DNA from: Eukaryota sp. GEM-RC1
Taxonomy: Eukaryota
Reading direction: 5' to 3'
Length of the DNA: 64,000 nucleotides
NCBI GenBank assembly: GCA_040285855.1
Contig: JAUFOQ010000016.1
Location: 2,790,001-2,854,000 of the forward strand
The notes below the pieces were generated by a model, which was not told where the DNA came from, made no database searches, and was given only the letters and a program-made list of their open reading frames with translations. Positions 13,293-26,011 of the stretch are shown one piece after another. Made by a program: the position numbers and the translations under genes. Position 1 is the stretch's first letter, and each line of letters opens with the position of its first letter.

Positions 13293-16200
13293 CTACTTCT
13301 TCTCCTTCTTCGAACCAGTTCTTCTTCGAGTTCTCTTGGCTATGGGAGTCTTGTTAGGATTAGCTTTTGAGGATGATCTCTTTCTCTGGTCTATGTAAGG
13401 ATTATTATTATTTTTCTTAAACGCCATAAATGCCTTAGTGTTTTTAATACTTGAAGTAGCAACTGCAGTGATATCTCCTCCATACCATAATACAGAACAC
13501 ATTGGACCTTCAGGTGAGTCGAATTGATCTAACACTTCAGTGATGACATGTTCTTCCTTATCACCAGCTGCAACTTGTTGGTGGATGCCATGATCTGATG
13601 GAAGGTCAGAATGGTAGAGTTTGCATTGATGTACACTAGCTTGGGATTCAATGCCAGATACAAGGTTCTTGATTTTCAAGGATGATGATGAAAGGAGCTC
13701 GATGACCAGGAATGGGCCAGAGTGTTTGCCATGATGCTTTGTAGCAGTCTTAGAGGATCTGAGGATCAGATCGCCAATTTCAAATGGATTTGATTTATTG
13801 GACTTAGGGGGTCTCTTTGACGATTGATTGCTACTTGCTGATTCTTGCCTTTCCCGGATTCTCTCGTTTTTCTTTGAAGGTCTTCGATAAAGGGATACTT
13901 AAATTGGAAGCTTCTAGGGCTCTGAGTATGATACTAGGATCTGCCTTAGGCCCAAAAGAGAACCCAAACATTAGTTCATAAGGGATGTGTTCAGTGTAAC
14001 GATTCTTTGTTGCGTTTAGCTGGAGTTGTATGAAGGGAAGGTATTCGGTCCAGTTGTCGAATGTTCCAAAGTCGATTAGGAAACGTTGAAGATTTCTTAA
14101 GACATCGCGATGACGTCTCTCGACTAACCCGTTAGATTGAGAAAAGTGGGGGATGGATGTTGTGTTATCAATTGCCAGCAGTTGACAGACTGCGTTGAAT
14201 GTTGCGTTAGCAAATTCAGGACCGTTGTCGCTGTGGATGGAATAGGGGATACCGAATATACCACATACGTTGAACACGAGTGCATATGCAACTTCTTTAG
14301 CGTTCAGTTCATTGATTGGGGCTAATATAGTGAATCTTGTGAAAGAATCTACAAATACTAGGATGTAACGGTTACCTTCAGCGTCAGGGGATAATGGACC
14401 AATAGTGTCTACATTAACTTTGGCGAATGGTTTATCGGCCCAAAGTGATCCTGAGTGAGGGATTTGATCCCTTTTGACAAGGGATGTCTTTTGGCATGAG
14501 GGACAGCTCTTGATATGATTGACTAGATCGTCTTTCATGTTAGGCCACCAGTAGTCGCTGTCGTTAAGGTTTTTAACTGATGTTGCTATACTGGGATGAC
14601 CAGATTGTACTAATCCATGGATGTTGAGCAAGGCGGATTTCCTGAGGGACAAGGGGATCAGGATTTTTTTGTCGTTGGTTAGATATAACTGTACTCTATC
14701 GTTGAATGTTGTGTTGTTGAAGAGGGGTTCGTTTGACTCAATCGCTTTGAATTGTTCGGAACGGATTCTGCTCAACCAATTGCTGAAGATTGGGAGATCT
14801 TTTCGTGCAACTTCACGGAGACTGTTAATTGAGGGGGAGATCGGTGTGATCAATTCTTGTAACGGCTACTGGATCATCAGTAGGTTGTGCAGCGGATTGC
14901 TGGATGGGAGATTGGTGAGGACATAACCGTGAGAGCATGTCTGCCCAGTGGTTGTCAACTCCAGATGTGTGTACGATGTCGAATTGGTATTCTGAAAGTA
15001 CGAAGAGCCATCTTTTAATCATTCTGTTCTTATCGGGACACGAAATGAGGTATGCTAGGTTCTTGTGATCTGTGAAGATTGTAAGGTGCCTAGTCTTGAG
15101 GAAGTTAGCCAAGCTCGACTCAGTCAAGATGATGAGGATGGCGTAAAGCTCTTTCTGGATGGTCGCCCATTGAGCTGAGAATCGGACAGTATACGGCTGA
15201 AGAAACTAATAGGTTGAACCTTTCGTTTTATCAATGGTGTACCTGGTGGACTTGGAGAGATTTCGTTCCAGATGACACCTCCAACAGCAAGGTCAGAAGC
15301 GTCTGCGCTAATGAGGATGTTACTATTGGGGCCAGGAAGGTCGAGTGGTATTTGATGGACTATCAAATTTTTGATTGAATCAAAAGCTCGTTGGTGTTTG
15401 TGTTCCCATTTTACGCCTTTAGGTTTTCCTTTGGTCAGGGCGATAATTGGGGCTAACAATTGGGAGATTCCTGGTAACCAGTCTCTGATGTAGTTGATTG
15501 TACATACGAGGCTTCTTACATCTTTTACTGTCTTGGGGTTTGGAATTTCAAGGACAGCTTTGATTCTGACATCATCGATTAATCTGGTTTTGTTGTGGAA
15601 GATACTGCCTAATATCTTGATTGGGTGTTTGTGGGTTACAAACTTGCACTTGTGGATGCCGAGGGTTACTCTAGCGGATTGTGCTTTATTGAAAACTGCT
15701 CGAAGTCTAGTTATAAATTCATCGAACACTGAAGCTATAACTATGATATCATCTAGATAGATGAAGACTCCATCCATTGCGAAGATCTCTGTCATCAGGT
15801 TTTGGAAAATTGCTGGTACATTTTTCAGGCCGAATGGAGCTCTGGTGAACTTAATTGTTCTGCCAGGGATTGTTAAAGCAGTTTTGTCCATATCTTTTGG
15901 AGCAACTTTGAGTTGCCAAAAGGCCTTGGGGAGATCGAGAGTTGCAATGAAGTTTGATGCTGGTAAGAATGTGATCACGTCAGCGATGTTGGGCAGGTCG
16001 GATGCTATCGGGACTGTTGAATCGTTAACACCTCCTGTTCCGCTGTAATCTCCAGTCAGACGTGGTTTCCTATGATCAGGGTACGTGACGAGTACTACAG
16101 GGCTTGAGAACTTAGATTGTGGGGATGACACGGCGAAACCTTGTTCGATAAGTTCGTCAAAGATGCCATTGGCGATCTTTAGCTTCTCAGGATTGAAGTA

Positions 16201-19200
16201 GCGTGGTTTCCTTTTGACGACAGTTGACTCGTCGTGGAAGGGTATTTCCATTGGGGGACAATCTATTCCATCGGGATGAGGAGTCGACTGGAATATGATC
16301 CTGAATTCTTCTAAGAGGGATGTGAGCTCTTCCTCTAGAAGTTGATTGTCTAATTCGATTGTGCAACCGGATTCAACTGGGTTGAATGATGTGGAATGAT
16401 CGGTGTGTCTGGACCTCACTGGTGAGTGTGTGCTCATTAGGTGATCGAATTCCGATTCATCTTTCAAGATGGTGTTATGTTCTTTTCTAGTCTAATGACT
16501 AGGCTGTCCTCTGTCAACAGCCCTAATTTGTTTAATAATTCGATTCCGATGAGCATTGTTTTATTACCGGTAACAATAGGGAAGGAGTGATCTATATAAA
16601 CTAGGTTAGCTGCGCTATTGAGCTGGAACGCAAGAACACCTTTGGCTGTGCCTAAGGACGATGTACGGGTGCCATTTGCAGTGATGTAGGGGATTGTTTC
16701 CTGTGAGGTGTTCATCTTGCAGAGATCGACTAAGTCTTGAGTGATGACGGAGACTTGTGCGCCTGAATCTATGGTTCCGGATATTGAAACATCGTTAACA
16801 GACATGTTCAGGGCAATGAATTTGTCTTGGTTGTTGCGAGTTATACTCATAATCCTGGGTGTATCGTTGACGATTTCGCTGATAGGATTGTTGAGTGTGT
16901 GTGGAGTGTAAGAGCTTGGTGTCGAGGTTGTCGACAAAAAATTCAAATAATTATCATTTTTATTACGCTTTAAATCTACATTACCACTACCGGATCTGCG
17001 TTTTCTTTCTTCAAACTTACCAGCGTTTAAAGAGGATACTCTGCAGTTGGGATCGGGGCACATTTCGACTGTATGGCCAGGCTCTTTGCAGTACTTACAT
17101 ACTGATTCAGATCCTGTGTCTCTGTGCTTGGGCTTTTGGCGATTCTTACCGGGACCTCTGGGACCTTTGAATTGTCCACGTTTATGAGATTTTTTTCGGG
17201 GTTCCTATTTCTAACGTCTGAGTCACTGTCAGAGTCGAAGGAGGGACGGAAGTTCTTCAACTTGTTGTATCGAGGGACACTCGAGTTATGGAGATAGGGG
17301 GCACCTGACTCAGTGATTGGGGGAGTGGATGGACGAATAGTGTCCAGGAATCTAGCATCTGAGATATATTGGGGTCTGACATTCTGACGCTGGATGTTCT
17401 GGCTGCACCAGTTCAAGTACCGGTCTTTCAGGTCCTTGAACACCTCGACTGTGCTGAGTTGAGCAAAGGAGGCTTTATCTTTGAAGAAGATCTTCGTGTC
17501 CGATCGGATGATTGGAATACCGATGTTGTGGGCAAAGTATTTTAGAATGTCCCGGGCTTCGAAACAGTACAACTGAGTGGTGTTCAGTTCAATCATGGTG
17601 GACCTGTTTGCCACGATTGTGAAGCGGCGAAGGAAGTCATCCCAACGCTCTTTGTTGGAGCTCCATGACTTGTCCCAGTCCATGCGGCATTCGGCAAGGG
17701 CGTTGTCTGCAATCTGGGGGATTCAAATTGGGAGCTGAGGATTATTCGTTCCCAGATTGCCCAGTTGCATAAGAAGTTGGCGATGGTGCCATCAGATTTC
17801 CACGAGCTCAGGATGTGAGGGTCGACATGGAGTTGAATTCCTCTAATGTCGACGTTTAGCAGAAGGTCTCTGGCTAAATCGAGGCCATGACGGGGTTCGC
17901 CATAAGTGGTCTTGTTGATGGATAGTACATCCTCGAAAGGAGTGAACAGTTCATCTGCTGTGGTGGGTTCGGCAAGTTGTCTCCAGGCCAGTACTTGGTT
18001 TTCGAGTTCGAGCAGATGTTGGGATATATCAATGCTCTTACCTCGGGCTCTGGAATACCGGCGCCACTCTAGAGCGAAATTCAGGCAAGAAAACTGGTCG
18101 GTTTTCTGCAAGTAAGGCGGTTTGAGCTTGGATTCTCGGCGGGTTTCGTTTTCGAGTTCAGCGAACTTTGCGTTTTCAGGGGTAGCTACGCCAGTGGCTG
18201 CATCCATGAAGGAACTGGGGGAATCAGCTCCGAACTCAAACTTGGTATTGGTAAAAGCAGTAGGTACTGTTATACCAGGGAGTTTGCTCGTATCACTGGG
18301 CAAAGTGAAGATTGAGCCACCTTTGGGTTTGGTGGAGTTGGATATTACCTTAGGGGTCGCCATAGGTGAATCTAAAGCCTTAGGTTGAGGGGTACTCAAC
18401 TGCTTCATGACCGTTAACATCTCCATTCTGAGATCATTGTTCTCTTTCAGGAGTTGTTCCACGAGGGGATTGGAATTCCCTGTGTCTTGAATTGGGATAG
18501 GAAGGGAATCGCTGCTGGGTGAAATGTCGTCTTTTGGGGGGGGTCTTGTCTGGAGATGAAACATGGAGGGGGACTGAGAGACAAGTCATCCTCTGAAGCT
18601 GACTTATTCTGTTCAGCCTGTTCTTTCCCAAGACGGATGAGTTCGGCGTTGATGTCACCATATCTTTCAATCAACAGCTTCGTGTGGAGTTCACGATTTT
18701 CATAGAGTTCTTTAGGGTTTAAAGCTATCCCTGTTCGATTGAAGTTCTTGTCGTTTACATAACTCTTCTTGTTGGGATCAGGGGTTCTGGTATCATCTGG
18801 GTCAGATGTTTTTATCCCATTTGGAAGATACGTTACTTTGAGCTTGCTCTTCTTAGAAGAAGTCTTCTTCGAAGGGACACTCTTAGTTTTACGAACAGGA
18901 GGGACACTCTTGGGTTTACGAACAGGAGGGACACTCTTGTCGTTGAGTTTGGGAGATTTACGAACAGGAGGGACACTCTTGTCGTTGAGTCTCGAAGATT
19001 TACGAGCAAGAGGGACGCTCTTGTCGTCAGGACTGAGAAGGACATTCTCATCCTGTTTATCCTCGGAGAGAGGAAGGGTTGATGGTTTACTTTCTTTTTC
19101 AGAAGGGGGTACCTCCTTCCCAAGAGAAGTCTTCAGCATATTGATGCTGGGATGGGATCCTGGATCTGAGGTGAGTTCCACGTCGGCGTTTTCAGCCAAT

Positions 19201-19291
19201 ACGTATTGATGCTGTATGGAGTTAGTGGACATACAATGAATGAAATTAAGTTGGTTTATAATCTATGATTCTCATACTATGATAATCTACA
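13293..19291 (-). mobile_element. Gypsy unit 3 (5999 bp)
   Basis: Same domain ORFs: 16464-17063 PR, 15124-16467 RT, 13831-14853 IN. Confidence 0.95.
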
Positions 19292-19293
19292 CT
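19233..19293 (-). promoter_or_regulatory. 59-bp inter-unit spacer / minimal LTR-like segment (AG-TGTAGATT...TATAAA...TTCATTCATTGT-ATG)
   Basis: Identical at all four junctions, at the array end (25233-25293) and at 63242-63302. It starts with (AG)TG and contains TATAAA 22 nt before the ATG. The 3' limit of the LTR cannot be defined in this window. Confidence 0.7.
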
Positions 19294-22200
19294 ACTTCTT
19301 CTCCTTCTTCGAACCAGTTCTTCTTCGAGTTCTCTTGGCTATGGGAGTCTTGTTAGGATTAGCTTTTGAGGATGATCTCTTTCTCTGGTCTATGTAAGGA
19401 TTATTATTATTTTTCTTAAACGCCATAAATGCCTTAGTGTTTTTAATACTTGAAGTAGCAACTGCAGTGATATCTCCTCCATACCATAATACAGAACACA
19501 TTGGACCTTCAGGTGAGTCGAATTGATCTAACACTTCAGTGATGACATGTTCTTCCTTATCACCAGCTGCAACTTGTTGGTGGATGCCATGATCTGATGG
19601 AAGGTCAGAATGGTAGAGTTTGCATTGATGTACACTAGCTTGGGATTCAATGCCAGATACAAGGTTCTTGATTTTCAAGGATGATGATGAAAGGAGCTCG
19701 ATGACCAGGAATGGGCCAGAGTGTTTGCCATGATGCTTTGTAGCAGTCTTAGAGGATCTGAGGATCAGATCGCCAATTTCAAATGGATTTGATTTATTGG
19801 ACTTAGGGGGTCTCTTTGACGATTGATTGCTACTTGCTGATTCTTGCCTTTCCCGGATTCTCTCGTTTTTTCTTTGAAGGTCTTCGATAAAAGGGATACT
19901 TAAATTGGAAGCTTCTAGGGCTCTGAGTATGATACTAGGATCTGCCTTAGGCCCAAAAGAGAACCCAAACATTAGTTCATAAGGGATGTGTTCAGTGTAA
20001 CGATTCTTTGTTGCGTTTAGCTGGAGTTGTATGAAGGGAAGGTATTCGGTCCAGTTGTCGAATGTTCCAAAGTCGATTAGGAAACGTTGAAGATTTCTTA
20101 AGACATCGCGATGACGTCTCTCGACTAACCCGTTAGATTGAGAAAAGTGGGGGATGGATGTTGTGTTATCAATTGCCAGCAGTTGACAGACTGCGTTGAA
20201 TGTTGCGTTAGCAAATTCAGGACCGTTGTCGCTGTGGATGGAATAGGGGATACCGAATATACCACATACGTTGAACACGAGTGCATATGCAACTTCTTTA
20301 GCGTTCAGTTCATTGATTGGGGCTAATATAGTGAATCTTGTGAAAGAATCTACAAATACTAGGATGTAACGGTTACCTTCAGCGTCAGGGGATAATGGAC
20401 CAATAGTGTCTACATTAACTTTGGCGAATGGTTTATCGGCCCAAAGTGATCCTGAGTGAGGGATTTGATCCCTTTTGACAAGGGATGTCTTTTGGCATGA
20501 GGGACAGCTCTTGATATGATTGACTAGATCGTCTTTCATGTTAGGCCACCAGTAGTCGCTGTCGTTAAGGTTTTTAACTGATGTTGCTATACTGGGATGA
20601 CCAGATTGTACTAATCCATGGATGTTGAGCAAGGCGGATTTCCTGAGGGACAAGGGGATCAGGATTTTTTTGTCGTTGGTTAGATATAACTGTACTCTAT
20701 CGTTGAATGTTGTGTTGTTGAAGAGGGGTTCGTTTGACTCAATCGCTTTGAATTGTTCGGAACGGATTCTGCTCAACCAATTGCTGAAGATTGGGAGATC
20801 TTTTCGTGCAACTTCACGGAGACTGTTAATTGAGGGGAGATCGGTGTGATCAATTCTTGTAACGGCTACTGGATCATCAGTAGGTTGTGCAGCGGATTGC
20901 TGGATGGGAGATTGGTGAGGACATAACCGTGAGAGCATGTCTGCCCAGTGGTTGTCAACTCCAGATGTGTGTACGATGTCGAATTGGTATTCTGAAAGTA
21001 CGAAGAGCCATCTTTTAATCATTCTGTTCTTATCGGGACACGAAATGAGGTATGCTAGGTTCTTGTGATCTGTGAAGATTGTAAGGTGCCTAGTCTTGAG
21101 GAAGTTAGCCAAGCTCGACTCAGTCAAGATGATGAGGATGGCGTAAAGCTCTTTCTGGATGGTCGCCCATTGAGCTGAGAATCGGACAGTATACGGCTGA
21201 AGAAACTAATAAGTTGAACCTTTCGTTTTATCAATGGTGTACCTGGTGGACTTGGAGAGATTTCGTTCCAGATGACACCTCCAACAGCAAGGTCAGAAGC
21301 GTCTGCGCTAATGAGGATGTTACTATTGGGGCCAGGAAGGTCGAGTGGTATTTGATGGACTATCAAATTTTTGATTGAATCAAAAGCTCGTTGGTGTTTG
21401 TGTTCCCATTTTACGCCTTTAGGTTTTCCTTTGGTCAGGGCGATAATTGGGGCTAACAATTGGGAGATTCCTGGTAACCAGTCTCTGATGTAGTTGATTG
21501 TACATACGAGGCTTCTTACATCTTTTACTGTCTTGGGGTTTGGAATTTCAAGGACAGCTTTGATTCTGACATCATCGATTAATCTGGTTTTGTTGTGGAA
21601 GATACTGCCTAATATCTTGATTGGGTGTTTGTGGGTTACAAACTTGCACTTGTGGATGCCGAGGGTTACTCTAGCGGATTGTGCTTTATTGAAAACTGCT
21701 CGAAGTCTAGTTATAAATTCATCGAACACTGAAGCTATAACTATGATATCATCTAGATAGATGAAGACTCCATCCATTGCGAAGATCTCTGTCATCAGGT
21801 TTTGGAAAATTGCTGGTACATTTTTCAGGCCGAATGGAGCTCTGGTGAACTTAATTGTTCTGCCAGGGATTGTTAAAGCAGTTTTGTCCATATCTTTTGG
21901 AGCAACTTTGAGTTGCCAAAAGGCCTTGGGGAGATCGAGAGTTGCAATGAAGTTTGATGCTGGTAAGAATGTGATCACGTCAGCGATGTTGGGCAGGTCG
22001 GATGCTATCGGGACTGTTGAATCGTTAACACCTCCTGTTCCGCTGTAATCTCCAGTCAGACGTGGTTTCCTATGATCAGGGTACGTGACGAGTACTACAG
22101 GGCTTGAGAACTTAGATTGTGGGGATGACACGGCGAAACCTTGTTCGATAAGTTCGTCAAAGATGCCATTGGCGATCTTTAGCTTCTCAGGATTGAAGTA

Positions 22201-25200
22201 GCGTGGTTTCCTTTTGACGACAGTTGACTCGTCGTGGAAGGGTATTTCCATTGGGGGACAATCTATTCCATCGGGATGAGGAGTCGACTGGAATATGATC
22301 CTGAATTCTTCTAAGAGGGATGTGAGCTCTTCCTCTAGAAGTTGATTGTCTAATTCGATTGTGCAACCGGATTCAACTGGGTTGAATGATGTGGAATGAT
22401 CGGTGTGTCTGGACCTCACTGGTGAGTGTGTGCTCATTAGGTGATCGAATTCCGATTCATCTTTCAAGATGGTGTTATGTTCTTTTCTAGTCTAATGACT
22501 AGGCTGTCCTCTGTCAACAGCCCTAATTTGTTTAATAATTCGATTCCGATGAGCATTGTTTTATTACCGGTAACAATAGGGAAGGAGTGATCTATATAAA
22601 CTAGGTTAGCTGCGCTATTGAGCTGGAACGCAAGAACACCTTTGGCTGTGCCTAAGGACGATGTACGGGTGCCATTTGCAGTGATGTAGGGGATTGTTTC
22701 CTGTGAGGTGTTCATCTTGCAGAGATCGACTAAGTCTTGAGTGATGACGGAGACTTGTGCGCCTGAATCTATGGTTCCGGATATTGAAACATCGTTAACA
22801 GACATGTTCAGGGCAATGAATTTGTCTTGGTTGTTGCGAGTTATACTCATAATCCTGGGTGTATCGTTGACGATTTCGCTGATAGGATTGTTGAGTGTGT
22901 GTGGAGTGTAAGAGCTTGGTGTCGAGGTTGTCGACAAAAAATTCAAATAATTATCATTTTTATTACGCTTTAAATCTACATTACCACTACCGGATCTGCG
23001 TTTTCTTTCTTCAAACTTACCAGCGTTTAAAGAGGATACTCTGCAGTTGGGATCGGGGCACATTTCGACTGTATGGCCAGGCTCTTTGCAGTACTTACAT
23101 ACTGATTCAGATCCTGTGTCTCTGTGCTTGGGCTTTTGGCGATTCTTACCGGGACCTCTGGGACCTTTGAATTGTCCACGTTTATGAGATTTTTTCGGGG
23201 TTCCTATTTCTAACGTCTGAGTCACTGTCAGAGTCGAAGGAGGGACGGAAGTTCTTCAACTTGTTGTATCGAGGGACACTCGAGTTATGGAGATAGGGGG
23301 CACCTGACTCAGTGATTGGGGGAGTGGATGGACGAATAGTGTCCAGGAATCTAGCATCTGAGATATATTGGGGTCTGACATTCTGACGCTGGATGTTCTG
23401 GCTGCACCAGTTCAAGTACCGGTCTTTCAGGTCCTTGAACACCTCGACTGTGCTGAGTTGAGCAAAGGAGGCTTTATCTTTGAAGAAGATCTTCGTGTCC
23501 GATCGGATGATTGGAATACCGATGTTGTGGGCAAAGTATTTTAGAATGTCCCGGGCTTCGAAACAGTACAACTGAGTGGTGTTCAGTTCAATCATGGTGG
23601 ACCTGTTTGCCACGATTGTGAAGCGGCGAAGGAAGTCATCCCAACGCTCTTTGTTGGAGCTCCATGACTTGTCCCAGTCCATGCGGCATTCGGCAAGGGC
23701 GTTGTCTGCAATCTGGGGGGATTCAAATTGGGAGCTGAGGATTATTCGTTCCCAGATTGCCCAGTTGCATAAGAAGTTGGCGATGGTGCCATCAGATTTC
23801 CACGAGCTCAGGATGTGAGGGTCGACATGGAGTTGAATTCCTCTAATGTCGACGTTTAGCAGAAGGTCTCTGGCTAAATCGAGGCCATGACGGGGTTCGC
23901 CATAAGTGGTCTTGTTGATGGATAGTACATCCTCGAAAGGAGTGAACAGTTCATCTGCTGTGGTGGGTTCGGCAAGTTGTCTCCAGGCCAGTACTTGGTT
24001 TTCGAGTTCGAGCAGATGTTGGGATATATCAATGCTCTTACCTCGGGCTCTGGAATACCGGCGCCACTCTAGAGCGAAATTCAGGCAAGAAAACTGGTCG
24101 GTTTTCTGCAAGTAAGGCGGTTTGAGCTTGGATTCTCGGCGGGTTTCGTTTTCGAGTTCAGCGAACTTTGCGTTTTCAGGGGTAGCTACGCCAGTGGCTG
24201 CATCCATGAAGGAACTGGGGGAATCAGCTCCGAACTCAAACTTGGTATTGGTAAAAGCAGTAGGTACTGTTATACCAGGGAGTTTGCTCGTATCACTGGG
24301 CAAAGTGAAGATTGAGCCACCTTTGGGTTCGGTGGAGTTGGATATTACCTTAGGGGTCGCCATAGGTGAATCTAAAGCCTTAGGTTGAGGGGTACTCAAC
24401 TGCTTCATGACCGTTAACATCTCCATTCTGAGATCATTGTTCTCTTTCAGGAGTTGTTCCACGAGGGGATTGGAATTCCCTGTGTCTTGAATTGGGATAG
24501 GAAGGGAATCGCTGCTGGGTGAAATGTCGTCTTTTGGGGGGGGTCTTGTCTGGAGATGAAACATGGAGGGGGACTGAGAGACAAGTCATCCTCTGAAGCT
24601 GACTTATTCTGTTCAGCCTGTTCTTTCCCAAGACGGATGAGTTCGGCGTTGATGTCACCATATCTTTCAATCAACAGCTTCGTGTGGAGTTCACGATTTT
24701 CATAGAGTTCTTTAGGGTTTAAAGCTATCCCTGTTCGATTGAAGTTCTTGTCGTTTACATAACTCTTCTTGTTGGGATCAGGGGTTCTGGTATCATCTGG
24801 GTCAGATGTTTTTATCCCATTTGGAAGATACGTTACTTTGAGCTTGCTCTTCTTAGAAGAAGTCTTCTTCGAAGGGACACTCTTAGTTTTACGAACAGGA
24901 GGGACACTCTTGGGTTTACGAACAGGAGGGACACTCTTGTCGTTGAGTTTGGGAGATTTACGAACAGGAGGGACACTCTTGTCGTTGAGTCTCGAAGATT
25001 TACGAGCAAGAGGGACGCTCTTGTCGTTAGGACTGAGAAGGACATTCTCATCCTGTTTATCCTCGGAGAGAGGAAGGGTTGATGGTTTACTTTCTTTTTC
25101 AGAAGGGGGTACCTCCTTCCCAAGAGAAGTCTTCAGCATATTGATGCTGGGATGGGATCCTGGATCTGAGGTGAGTTCCACGTCGGCGTTTTCAGCCAAT

Positions 25201-25232
25201 ACGTATTGATGCTGTATGGAGTTAGTGGACAT
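19292..25232 (-). CDS. Reconstructed single Gag-Pol polyprotein (~1,980 aa) of unit 4, interrupted by a few indels mostly at homopolymers
   Basis: Pieces: 24447-25232 (Lys/Pro/Ser-rich N-terminus), 23182-24564 (gag core), 22464-23225 (CKYCKEPGHTVEMC zinc knuckle + IDSGA protease), 21124-22467 (RT, YLDD; RNase H ADASD), 19292-21127 (RNase H end, HHCC, DDE integrase, GPF motif, chromo-like domain, basic tail). The breaks are at different sites in different copies, and the 63.9-kb copy reads through the first break. Confidence 0.85.
19295..19310 (-). promoter_or_regulatory. Polypurine tract (GAAGAAGGAGAAGAAG) immediately before the pol stop / LTR-like start; same at 1306-1321 and the other junctions
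   Basis: 16-nt all-purine run followed by TAG-TGTAG; this is the position expected for a plus-strand priming PPT. Confidence 0.75.
24875..25025 (-). repeat. Coding tandem repeats (KSVPPVRK-like) in the gag N-terminal extension
   Basis: ttacgaacaggagggacactctt occurs three times, plus degenerate copies, in every unit. Confidence 0.85.
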
Positions 25233-25292
25233 ACAATGAATGAAATTAAGTTGGTTTATAATCTATGATTCTCATACTATGATAATCTACAC

Positions 25293-26011
25293 TGTACCTT
25301 TTCACTTAGACTAATTTCATGCCTTCAGATGTTGATGAAATCGATTATACAGCTCTCAGCTCATCTGTATGGATGCTCAAACTTTTGAATTATTGGAAGA
25401 ACATCTCTAGGGGTGGTGTTTGAGTACTGGATTTGCACTGTATTGATGCACCCACAAATGATATTGTTCTTGAACAATCAGAGTTTGAAAGTCATATCTT
25501 ATCCGTAGTCGAGCAGTAGTGCAATGAGAACAATAAACTTTATTTGAAACAGTAATGGTTGTGTTTTACAATCGTAAAAGTTCAAACACAGTCAATCTAT
25601 CAGAAAAGTGGGGAGTCGATTCCATCCTAGAATCAGGAGGAGGGAATGAATGATACGAAAGACATTGTTTGAAGTTTCTAACATGTACAACGTTGTGCTC
25701 AACAGGAAGATCAACCTCACTTGATCACCATCAAGTGAGACATACGTTTCCCAGGCAGTTCACTTCAGATAGTCGAAAATCCAAGAATGGAATTGCAAAT
25801 GATTCTGATAATGGAAGATCAGGATCCGGAAGACTTAAGTGTGGTAACTGCTAGCAAGAATGACACGGTGTAAAGTGTTTGAGCTTATGAGGAAAGTGTG
25901 GAAACGAAGATCACAAGCTCAAATCTTGTTCAGAAGCGTAGACTAGATAGAAATCATTGTTGAAGATGTATGTTTGTGTAAGAGATTGGGTATTGAAAGT
26001 CAAAAGGTACA
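25293..26011. mobile_element. ~719-bp TG...CA element bounded by 15-bp imperfect terminal inverted repeats (non-autonomous DNA transposon or unrelated solo LTR)
   Basis: Left end TGTACCTTTTCACTT (25293); right end AAGTCAAAAGGTACA (ends 26011); one mismatch. No clean flanking TSD. Confidence 0.5.

Larger units (their letters stand above)
19292..25291 (-). mobile_element. Gypsy unit 4 (6000 bp; least broken copy, 5'-most unit of the array)
   Basis: Five overlapping ORFs tile 19292-25232 without gaps. The order PR-RT-RH-IN is diagnostic of Ty3/Gypsy. Confidence 0.96.
1..25293 (-). repeat. Head-to-tail tandem array of ~6.0-kb Ty3/Gypsy retroelement units (1 partial + 4 full; continues beyond window start)
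   Basis: The same sequence and ORF set recur with period 5995-6000 bp, with identical junctions at 1302/1303, 7297/7298, 13292/13293 and 19291/19292. The array ends at ~25291-25293, where unique sequence begins. Confidence 0.97.

Noticed and set aside
4935..22945. Programmed gag/pol frameshift at AATTTTT(T)G after the zinc knuckle
   Set aside because: Units 3-4 are in frame and units 1-2 are one T short; this cannot be distinguished from homopolymer error without accurate reads.
782..25209. Plus-strand ORFs repeated in each Gypsy unit (e.g. 146-aa MLGSGVLV..., 88-aa, 95-aa)
   Set aside because: They are antisense shadows of gag-pol with no recognisable motifs; they recur only because the DNA is repeated.
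25293..26011. The 719-bp TG...CA segment as the true 5' LTR of the array
   Set aside because: It is absent from the internal junctions and from the flank of the 63242 copy, which starts at the same base as the array units.
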